64,000 nt of DNA, taken from assembly GCA_040285825.1 (NCBI GenBank), contig JAUPSS010000004.1:6229784-6293783 (forward strand), given 5' to 3'. How positions within the stretch are numbered: position 1 is the first letter of the stretch; every line of letters begins with the position of its first letter. The notes under the pieces are model-generated. The model ran no database searches and was not told the DNA's origin. It was given only the letters and a program-made list of their open reading frames with translations. The stretch is from Eukaryota sp. TZLM1-RC. Its lineage: Eukaryota > Protista > Metamonada: BaSk clade. Below are positions 32,450-42,700 of this stretch, piece after piece. The position numbers and the translations under genes are program-made.

Positions 32450-35400
32450 GTCCGCTCACAACTCTGGTTTTCTGAACAGGTTCCTGTTCGAGATGGTCAA
32501 AAACAACCTGTCTATAGCATATCTGTAAGCCCTGATGGTACTAAATTTCTTGCTTCAATGGGTTCGAGAGTACATCTCTATAGCTCAGAAAATGGTTCTC
32601 TCATTACTGTCCTTAAAAATCATACACAAGATGTTTACACAGTCTGTTGGGGTCGAAACTCAGATTCGTTCGCCACTGGAGGAGCAGATAAGATTGTCAT
32701 CCTTTACAACTCTGAGAATCATCCTTCACTACGATATTCCCATGACTCTTCCATTCAATATCTTGTACAGTCTCCCATTGAAGACATCCTAGTCTCCTGT
32801 AGTAACACTGACTTTGGCATTCACTCTCCTGATTATCGCGTCGTTCAAAAAACTCAGGTAGCTTCCAAAATTATCACTGCAGCCTTCTCTGCAGATGGAC
32901 AGTACTTTGCCTTGGGAATGCTTGATGGAACCGTATCTATTAGGAACACTTCAGGTAAGGAAGAAACCTCTCTTTCCTTTTCTCTTCCCATTTCTTCTCT
33001 TGCTTTCTCTCCTAATGTAGATGCTGTTCAGGATAGATTGGTTGTGGGAACGGCCGACCAGAAACTCCATTTGTACACAGGCAGTGGTGCGATCGTACTC
33101 AAGACACCTCGAAATTTTGAGGGTGATCCTTGTGCGATCTCTTTTTCGCCAGATGGGAAATGCTTGTTTGTGACTGGTTCAAATAGGAAAGTCTATCTCT
33201 ACACACGCGAACTTGTCTTGATTGATGAAGTTGCCGATATTTCTGACTGGGGTTGGTCTTTGGGGGTCATTCCATCCACGTCACCAAACACGTTAAGTTT
33301 CCTCGTTGGGTCAAATGATGGAACCTTGTCTAGTTTTATTGTCCAAATCCCAGTCGTTCATTCTCTATTCGCTGATGTTTATGCTTCTAGAGATGGCTTG
33401 ACCTCTGTTTCCATTACCCCTCTTTCTTTCTCAAGTTTGCAGTTTTCTTTAAATTTAAAGGATTTTGTAAAGAAAGTAGCTGTCGGACCTCAGAGATTAC
33501 TAGTCCAAACGACAAAATCTATTTCATTATTTGAAATTGTTATAAATTCCCAATCAGAAGGTCCAGCTACGAGATTGTTGAACGTTGTGCATAAACCAAT
33601 TGATTGCTCTCTACTTGCGGTAACGTCTGACAACATCATTGCTTGTAAAACTAATTTGCTTGACTGCTACTCCCTTGATGGTTCCTACGTCAGATCGTGG
33701 AAGCTCCCAGGCCATGTTAGATATGTTAGGCTACTGAAAGGTCCAATCGGGAAGGAATCATTATTGATTGGGTGTAAAACAGGTCATGTGGTTCGAATTT
33801 TTGTTAATTCATCTGTTTTAATCACTGTCCTTAAACACCACTCCCCAATCCGTTGCCTTGATCTCAGCCCTCAACGAACCAAGCTGGCCGTTGTCGATGA
33901 TAAACTACTGCTGACCATCTATGACGTGTCATCTGGTAAGACATTGGCAAAGTATTCTGAGGCAACCTCTGTATCATTTAACACCAGACATTCCAATATG
34001 CTAGCTTTTTCGTGCTCTAATAATGAAATCAAAGTCTCAACGAACAACCAAACCCCTCATTCCCATAGGTCCAATGGTTTTGTTATAGGGTTTATTGGTT
34101 CAAAGATTTTTGTACTACGTAATTCTCGTATTTTTTCATTAGAAGTACCCCATTCGTGGAGCATTTCGACTGCCCTACAACAAGGAAATACTAGTGAAGC
34201 AATTACTTTAGCTAGAATGGGAGCCACTGAGGAAGATTGGTATAAGATTGGACGCCAATGTTTATGTAATTTAGATATATCAATGGCCAGAAGGTGTTTT
34301 ATAAGAATTTCAAATCCCAAAATGTTGTTGTTGACTGATAAAATAGCGTCAAAAGCCAAAATTTTGGGTTTTAGAGAGTCGGAGCTCAAGCAATCATTCT
34401 GTAAGAATATTAAAGACTTTGACATCAACAATGAATCAGTTGCCTCTGCCCTTCAGCTCCAAGCAGAAACACTTGCCTATTTCGGAGATTTCCAAGGTGC
34501 CAGTCGAATATTTGAATCAATCAATCGTCATGACTTGTCAGTTGATCTCTACTCTGATCTTTGTCGTTGGTCAGAGGTAGTCAATCCTACTTCTGAATTA
34601 TTAATAAGACAAGGTAAGTGGGACTTGGAAAACGGAAAAACAGAATCGGCAATTGAACTGTTCAAAAAGGCAGGCGATTACAGTTCAGTTGTCTCTTTAT
34701 TAACCGAATCAAACCAATATGAATTACTTTACGACCTGGCTAGCTCTATTCCAACTACTCACACAGATGTCATTCGTTCAGCAGCATCTGCACTTTCCAG
34801 TGTTTGTTTTGATTGGGCAGCTTCACTATATTCTCGGATAGGGGAGATGGTGGCTTTGTTGGAATTGCAAATCATTAATGAGAAGTTTAAGGAAGCTTTT
34901 ACCACGTTTTCTAAACTCGATGACGTTGATGATGACGTTTACTTTAGGTTGGAAAAGAAACTCAACGCTACCTATGCATCTTCCTTAGTAGACTCTTCAG
35001 AATTTGATTTGGCATTAAGCTATATGCGAAAGTCTGGTCAGTCAACAGAAATCAAACGACTGATTAATGATTTGATTGATTCTTCAGTTTCAAAATGTGC
35101 ATATTCAGACGTATCTTATTATTACTTTTTGTACAGCCAAGAAGTTTGTTACGAGGCCAGAAGCTTGTATTTAAATGGTGAAAATAGCCCGGAAAAAGAT
35201 TCAGTTTTATCAGATTTACTTGAACAAAACCAATTATTAAGTACTCAAAGCGTATTGTATTATTGTTTTAATTTTATTTCTGAGTATATCGAATCACCCT
35301 TCACCAGTGTTTCAACTGAAAACTTGTTTCATATGTGTGTATTTAGTCTCAATTTAATTAATTCATCAGAAATTGAAATTCCAAAAAGTATTTCTCTTTC

Positions 35401-36139
35401 ATTTATCTTATTTTCTTTATTGAAGATTTCAAAATCCTTTTCTTGTTTCAAAACTGTTCGATCATGTCTTGATCTCCTTCACCGTTTACTCATTCCAGCC
35501 CCATGGACCACGTTTATTGATTGTATCTCACTCCATATCAGAGCGGCACCCTTTGCTGACGATGAGACTTATTGTTTTTATTGCTTTAGATGTGGAGCCA
35601 AGAATTCACCATTAAGTGAGTCTGGAGATTGTTGTAGTGCTTGTGGCTGTAGGTTTTTTAGATCCAGAAAATCATTTAGACAAATTCCAATACTGCAGTT
35701 CTATTTGGAAGATGGTATTTCTGATTCTGAAGCTCTCAACTACTTGGAAGAATACTTTGATAAACATCAGGTTCAGGAGCGCTCTAACTGGACAGAAGAT
35801 GTCGGAGAAGAGGTCCAAACTCTACAATTAGAAAATAATCTCCATGGCCATTCTGATGATGATGTCGATGTGGATCATTTCACCAGAATTTTGCTTACAA
35901 CCGATCCCTCAGAACCTCTATTAGTGGATAGGTCGACGTTGAAAGCTCTACCAATAAGCGAAATTTTGTCAGTCACACCCCGATTTGAGTTTGAAACTAC
36001 TTCTTGGTTTAAAATTTTCAATAACGAATCCGTAGTCTGCTGTAACAATTGCTGCTCCTTCTTTTTTGAATCAGAAATGGAAATTGACCGGTTAGAAACT
36101 GGAATATGTTGCTATTGTAGGTCGAGTTGGATGGTGTAA
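32447..36139 (+). CDS. IFT122: Intraflagellar transport protein 122 (IFT-A, WDR10)
   Basis: N-terminal WD40s (H..DVYTVCW..FATGGADK, LRYSH..SIQ), VHSLF..YASRD, a TPR-like region and C-terminal Zn motifs. Confidence 0.9.
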   Translation: MVRSQLWFSEQVPVRDGQKQPVYSISVSPDGTKFLASMGSRVHLYSSENGSLITVLKNHTQDVYTVCWGRNSDSFATGGADKIVILYNSENHPSLRYSHDSSIQYLVQSPIEDILVSCSNTDFGIHSPDYRVVQKTQVASKIITAAFSADGQYFALGMLDGTVSIRNTSGKEETSLSFSLPISSLAFSPNVDAVQDRLVVGTADQKLHLYTGSGAIVLKTPRNFEGDPCAISFSPDGKCLFVTGSNRKVYLYTRELVLIDEVADISDWGWSLGVIPSTSPNTLSFLVGSNDGTLSSFIVQIPVVHSLFADVYASRDGLTSVSITPLSFSSLQFSLNLKDFVKKVAVGPQRLLVQTTKSISLFEIVINSQSEGPATRLLNVVHKPIDCSLLAVTSDNIIACKTNLLDCYSLDGSYVRSWKLPGHVRYVRLLKGPIGKESLLIGCKTGHVVRIFVNSSVLITVLKHHSPIRCLDLSPQRTKLAVVDDKLLLTIYDVSSGKTLAKYSEATSVSFNTRHSNMLAFSCSNNEIKVSTNNQTPHSHRSNGFVIGFIGSKIFVLRNSRIFSLEVPHSWSISTALQQGNTSEAITLARMGATEEDWYKIGRQCLCNLDISMARRCFIRISNPKMLLLTDKIASKAKILGFRESELKQSFCKNIKDFDINNESVASALQLQAETLAYFGDFQGASRIFESINRHDLSVDLYSDLCRWSEVVNPTSELLIRQGKWDLENGKTESAIELFKKAGDYSSVVSLLTESNQYELLYDLASSIPTTHTDVIRSAASALSSVCFDWAASLYSRIGEMVALLELQIINEKFKEAFTTFSKLDDVDDDVYFRLEKKLNATYASSLVDSSEFDLALSYMRKSGQSTEIKRLINDLIDSSVSKCAYSDVSYYYFLYSQEVCYEARSLYLNGENSPEKDSVLSDLLEQNQLLSTQSVLYYCFNFISEYIESPFTSVSTENLFHMCVFSLNLINSSEIEIPKSISLSFILFSLLKISKSFSCFKTVRSCLDLLHRLLIPAPWTTFIDCISLHIRAAPFADDETYCFYCFRCGAKNSPLSESGDCCSACGCRFFRSRKSFRQIPILQFYLEDGISDSEALNYLEEYFDKHQVQERSNWTEDVGEEVQTLQLENNLHGHSDDDVDVDHFTRILLTTDPSEPLLVDRSTLKALPISEILSVTPRFEFETTSWFKIFNNESVVCCNNCCSFFFESEMEIDRLETGICCYCRSSWMV

Positions 36140-36778
36140 ATTGCTTGAAAGTTTATTTAAATGTATTTTATATTGTTTTGTTTTTCAATTGAAAATTGTA
36201 TTTGGTTATAAAGATCTGTCTCTATCTTTTCCCACATATCTTTACAAACTTTTTTCTGCTACAACTTGATCATGTGCAAATGGTGTTTGCTTTAAAGGTC
36301 TGTTGCTATACTTTATTGATAAACATAAATTAGAGCTCCCTACCATTAGTACTGGTAAAACAAGTTGTTTAATGTTGTCAGACGGATTCAAAATCAACGT
36401 CATTGTAGTTTTTGTTAATGTAATGTACACCTGTTTGCCTACAAAACAATTCGCTTGTTTGTATCTCTAAATGAATGAACCCAAAATCATACAACAATCT
36501 CAATATTTATAGTTGATAAAAAGGAAGACTCCAACTTGACCTGAGTTAGGGTTAGAGTTGGAGTAAAACACGCATTCAACTTTTGTAAAATCAAGGTTGC
36601 TCTGAGACACCATCGTGGAGTGAAATAACTTCACTTGGTTGGAAGCTATATAAATAATTTCAGCTGATACAAACTAGATTAATTATTTTTGCATATTTGA
36701 ATAAACCTTGGAGACACAAAAGGTTTGATTTCCAGTCATCTTCGATTGATGGCCACTTCTAGTCGTCCTTAAATAGAG

Positions 36779-39700
36779 ATGCTTGTCGATCTTTTGTTCA
36801 CCATGTTCTTGGTCTCCATCATCACCATAGGTTCCTCTCAAGATGTTTCTCTAGTTAGTCCAAATCACAGCAGTCAGACCTTCTACTGGTCATGTGAGAC
36901 TACTTGGGGCGACACTATGCCTGTCAGCACATCCACTGTATTTGCCAATGGTAAAGGAAAGAACCCTATACTTGTAGTCGACGAGAATCCTTCTTTTCAC
37001 TCTCTCCATCTTTCTGGTTTAACTTTGCGTCTCAAAGTCACTGAGATTTTGATCAATGGTTTATTAACTCTTGATAATGTACATTTAGAATCCACCACGG
37101 ATAAGCCGCCTATCTTGATGATTCACAGTTTATACCTCACCACTTTTGCAGATTTTGTGTCTATTGTTGCTACCATTACAGATAGTGGCCGTATATCAGG
37201 TCAGCTTCACCTAACAAACTCGCAGTTGAGAGTCGAGAAGGACGCTGTCATTACAATCGATCATCCACCAATTTTCAAACCCCTAGCTTGGGGGGACGGC
37301 TCCGATGGAAAAACTGGCACCGGTTTTACTGAAAATCATGGAGTTTTGGAAGTCGCTACTGAGGAAAAATTTGTTTCAATCTCTGGAAGTGCTTATCATA
37401 CCCTGGGTATCACTAGTGAAGGTACCCTTTTTGCATGGGGAAAGAACAACTATGGTCAATTAGGACTAGACGATACTATTAGCAGGAATCTTCCCACTCA
37501 AGTTGCATTGGATAACATAGTTCAGGTTTCAGCTGGTTATAGGTTTAGTCTTGCAAGGGATAGAGACAATTTTGTTTATGCATGGGGTTCGAATCAGCAT
37601 GGAAGGCTTGGATTAGGATATGATGATGATAAGGGCATTACCTTCATAGACTTACCTGAAAAAATTGAAAATTTAGTTAATGTTATTGACATTTCTACAT
37701 CAAGTTCACATTCTCTAGCTGTTCTTGATAACGGCGAGGTCATGGCATGGGGAAGAGGTCACCAAGGTCAGCTTGGCGAAGATAATATTGTAAATAGAAA
37801 TGCTCCAGTTAATGTGTTAGTATCTCCAAACACAGTCAAAGTCAAAGCTGGAAGATTTTTTTCATTTTTTCTTACAAGTGAAGGTTATTTGCTGAGCACA
37901 GGATGGAATAGCCTTGGTCAGCTTTGCTTGGGTGATTCTGATAATAGGCTTATTCCAGAATTTATCAGCAACTATGATTCTTTTATGGTGAGTCAAGTTA
38001 GTGTTGGAGATGAATTCACCATTTTCCTCACAAGCGAAGGAGTTGTTTATAGCTGTGGTAGAGTTGTTGGGCGGTCTACTGCCTTTTACTCCCCATTATT
38101 TCCCGGAATAGTTCAAGGTTTAGGCAGAATTAGAAGTATTGCTTGTGGCCATGATGTCGGTTTCGCTGTCGATTTCAACAATGTTTTATTCGAATTCACT
38201 TTAGACCAAGAAGAAGCTTCCCCCAACACCGAAACTGAGGATTGGGAGGTGGGTAGAGTCTTTACAGGCCGTTATCAATTTTTTCTTAGTCAAGCTGAAT
38301 TTAGTAGTGTCAGTGGTGATGAATTCTCAAAAATTGAAAATTTTGGATTGATAGAGAACATTTCAGGTTATACGTTCAACATTGATTTACCTCTTTCTAT
38401 TCACTCTAGTGGTGCTATTTACTCTGACCATGGTGGACTTGAGTTTGACAAGGAAACAATCCTCTCTGGCACAATCGAAACTATTTCTGAATTTATGGTT
38501 TGGATTCAAGGGAATTTGTTAATGCAAAGTGGTTGCTTAATTACTGAATCTTTAGCATTAAACCTAGGTTATTCAGCTATTAGTGGTGATGGTACTATCA
38601 GATCAAACCTTGAAAATTTCGGAACTATAAATCCTACAGCTGAAATCCAAGTAACGAAAAACTTAATTCTTCGTGAAACTTCCCGACTAGAGTTTAATAA
38701 TCAAATTGGGAACACTGCCCTACTCAATATTCAAGAAACTTTAAATTTGAAGGGTTATTTGGATGTTAATTTTTCCTTTCAAAGATTAGAAAGTTTTGAT
38801 TCATTTCAACTGTTAGTTTTTAATTCTGCAGATGGGGATTTCGATCAGGTCACAATTAATTGCCAATCTTTTTTTGACTATGAATTTGGTTCAAATGGTT
38901 TCACTATATTTGCTATTAATGAAATTATTCCAGATTTAAACCAAATTTCTTTTATTTCTCCTTCTGGAACTAATGAAGATTGTTGTGGAACTGCATCAGT
39001 TCCTTGTTTGTCACTTAGTAAAATAATCGAAAGAATGGGTTATTATGGTGTTGTTTATTTTGAAGAAGGTGAATATAATGAAATTAATTTTGATGTTGGT
39101 CTGATTGGAGTTGACTTTGAATTCAGAAAAGCTTCTAATTTTGAAGCAAATTTGGTTGTTTCTACTGAAATCAGCTGCTTCAATTCGTCTTTGCTATTTG
39201 AGAATATGAATCTCAACATTTCCTTCATCAATCATTTTATTTTTGGTACAATTTCAAATATCACTTTGAAATTCGTTTCAGTATCATTTAATAATATTTT
39301 TGGTTCCTTGATCACATTAAAGAACAGTTCGTTTCATTTGCTTAATTCCTCACCCATTGGGTCTTCAACTTTCCTGACTTCAACGTCGTCCAAGGTTGAA
39401 ATTTCTGACATGGTGTTTTATAATTTTCCAACCAAAAGTTTTAATTTTGAAAATTCTACTGTTATTTTCGATGCTGTTAAATTTTCAGAAACCAAGAATT
39501 CTCCTCTAGATTCTAACTCTTTAATTTATGCACTGAGAACCAAGTTAACATTTTCGAAGTTCATTGTGCATAATGCTGAAATTTGTTTAATAGAAGCTGA
39601 TAAAAGTGATGTCTATTTCGTAAATATTGTTTTTATCAACTCCACAGCGTCTCCTTTTGTTCACATTACTGATTCTATCGTTGAGTTCACCAACATCAAT

Positions 39701-42700
39701 GTAACTGAACTCCTTGGACAATTCATCTCTGCAGACAATTCTTATTTGATTTTTAATAATTCAAATTTTGATACAGTTTCCAGTGTTTTGCCATTAATAA
39801 GTGTTGTGAGCTCCGATTTATTTTCTATTGACTTCTATATCAATAATGCTGAATTATCGGCCCTAATTGAATCACAGTGCTCAAGCCTTGAATTTTTGAA
39901 TGCAAATCTTGAACAGATTCAATTGATAGAGGGCAATCTGTTCTCCACAAATTCTTCTTTTGCATCTTTTCAAAATCTTTCGATGCAAGGAAATGTTTTT
40001 AATTCTATTCCTAATGTCTTTATCTGTTCAAATTTAAATACTATTCTCAATTTTTTAAATTCATCAATTGAAATTCATAACTCCACCCTATCAGGATGCT
40101 TGATTGATCAAGTTTTCAGCTTTGATGTTTTTTTCCAAGATTCAATTATATTTTTTTCCAAGATCTCTCATCACCTTACATTTACTGATTTAAATCTTGA
40201 ACATTCTACTCTCTATTTAGACACCAATTATTCTACATTAATAAATTCTTTGAAAATTGATTCAAAGAGCTTAATTTTGGGTAACGGTAAGTATTTAAAC
40301 TTGGACTTTGTTTTTGACCGGTTGGATATAATACAGGAATGTATCTCGACGCAATCTTTTCTGATTGATTTTGAGTTTCTTTTTGCTGAATTAATTGAAG
40401 AGTTTATCATCATTGAACCTTTTCACTCTGAGTTTATTTCATTAAGTTGGTGGAGCAATTTTTCTCTTTTAATTCTTGAAAATAATTTTCCAATCAGTCC
40501 ATCATCTAGTTTTATTGATATTACCTTCTCCATTCCTTTAATCAATGTCAACCAAATATACTCCCAACAGCTCTGTCCACCTCAAATTTCTTTTCCGAGT
40601 TCATCTACTAAAGGTGGTTTTTTCTCAGTAAATGGTACTAATTTGGGACATAAACCACTTTTTGTTTCAAGCACTACTATTGATTTAATTGTCCAATCTG
40701 GACCATTTAAGCATGACAGATTTGAGCTGTTGATTCCCCCAGGGTCTGGGTGTCATGAAGTCAAAGTCAAAAGAAGTCTTGACAACATTCTGACCTTTTG
40801 GACCTTTTGTTATCAAGCACCCTTTATAGAATCTGTTATGCCAAATAGGTTTCAACTTCATGATTTTATTTACATAAATGGCTCAAATTTCTTCATAAAT
40901 GAAACTTTATTAGATTTGAGTTTTGGTAATTCTGTTATCGATTTTGTCGTTTCGGTTATCAATCATGATCAAATTCTTTTAAAGATTTCCAACCTCTGTA
41001 ATCCTACTATCGGTCAAGTTCCATTATTTATTGTCATTTCAAATCAACCCTCGAACGTTTATTTTTTGGATTTTGAATTCACTGATTATGAACTACTTCC
41101 CAGCATATTATTTCCTCTAGATCACGAACTTTCAATCAATTTAGAGATGGAGTTAGATTTGACTAGCTTATCTTCTTGCAATGATATGGAAATTGCAGGC
41201 AATACTCCTCTTAATTGGACAATCTCACCGCCAACACAATTAGAACTTACTTTTTCCCTTATAGGAATTGATATTTTTCAGTTCATCATTCATTTATCAT
41301 CAGACTACTTCAAACTCGTTGAAATACTTGTAATTGATTTTGCTGTTGATTCATTAGAATATGCTTGTTTAACAAATCAAATATGTTTGATGTCGATCTC
41401 TGTTAATCACGATACCATTGATGTTAGCAAGTATAAACCAGTTTCTGGCAGCTCTGGATTGGTTGTTTTAGATTACCTTTATACTGACAATAATTGTGTC
41501 AATGTGTCTGTTGTTTTTAAGGATCTAAATTCAAACAATGATCTTTCACTATGTACCAATAATTATTGTAATTCTTTTATTCATTTACCGAAAATTCTTG
41601 ATTTTGATTCCCTCTTGCCCAATCAAGTTCAATTTGAATACAAACATACTGAAGCAAGTTTAACATTAACGGGGGAAAATTTTGACCAATTTGATGATGA
41701 ATTTTGGGCCAAATCTTTTAAATTTAGCTCAAATCACTTCAAATTTTCGGATATTAAAGCTAATTCTTTAACAATTACGACCTTTTTTGACAAAGTCGGT
41801 AATGAAACTTTGCAGTATATTGGCTTTGGTCAAGCTATTGATATTTTTTCAGTAGTTTGTGACGATTTTCTGGAAATTCCCCCGGTACATTTCAATAACT
41901 CCCAAGTGGTGTTATTCTCTCGTTATACATATTCTAGTCTAAGTCTTTTTGTCAATAATCAAATTTTCTCCGTTTTTCCAGGTCAGAACTCGATGTTTTT
42001 GACCACACAGGCTTTGTACATCATGTACAATAATCATATCAAATCTCAATTGATTAAGTTAGATCATATTGATGAAATTCTTCTTGTCAATTCACTCTAT
42101 CAATTTCAAATTGATTTACTTCATCAAGATTTAGAAGTAGATCTTTCTACCTCGAATCACTGCTTGATTTCTTTCTCTGTACAAGGAAGTCAGCTTATCT
42201 TCACAGTTATAGGTACTGTTGTTGAAATTTGTGTAGTCGAATTCCAGGTTGACCATCAACAGTCTTTTGTTAAAAAGAACGTAAAGTTTTTTATTGTTGA
42301 CCAACCAATGGTGAAGATTCTGGAAAGGAACTACTTCTCCTCATTGGAGAATATTACCTTTACCATATTGTTGCGTTTTGATTTAGCTTGTATTGACACT
42401 CATTACTTTCATATTCAGAATGCGTTGGTAGATTCAAATAGGACTTCACTAGTGAAGTATGATGGTTTTTGTTTCCAGGAATTTTTAATTTATTTACCAT
42501 ACCATGGATTGAATCTCAGTGAACCTATATTTAATATTGCATTGTTCTGGAATTCCACACTTTTCTATCCACAGCTTGTCACAGAGCTCCAAATTTTTAA
42601 TGTTGATCTCTTTTCTAATTCTACGCTCTCAGTTTTTGAACCTAGAGATATTATTGTTTCAGTCAATGTTCAATTTAATGATTCTATTACTTTTTTGATT

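Noticed and set aside
36540-36565. Telomere-like gttagggttagag
   Set aside because: Only about two degenerate units; expected by chance.
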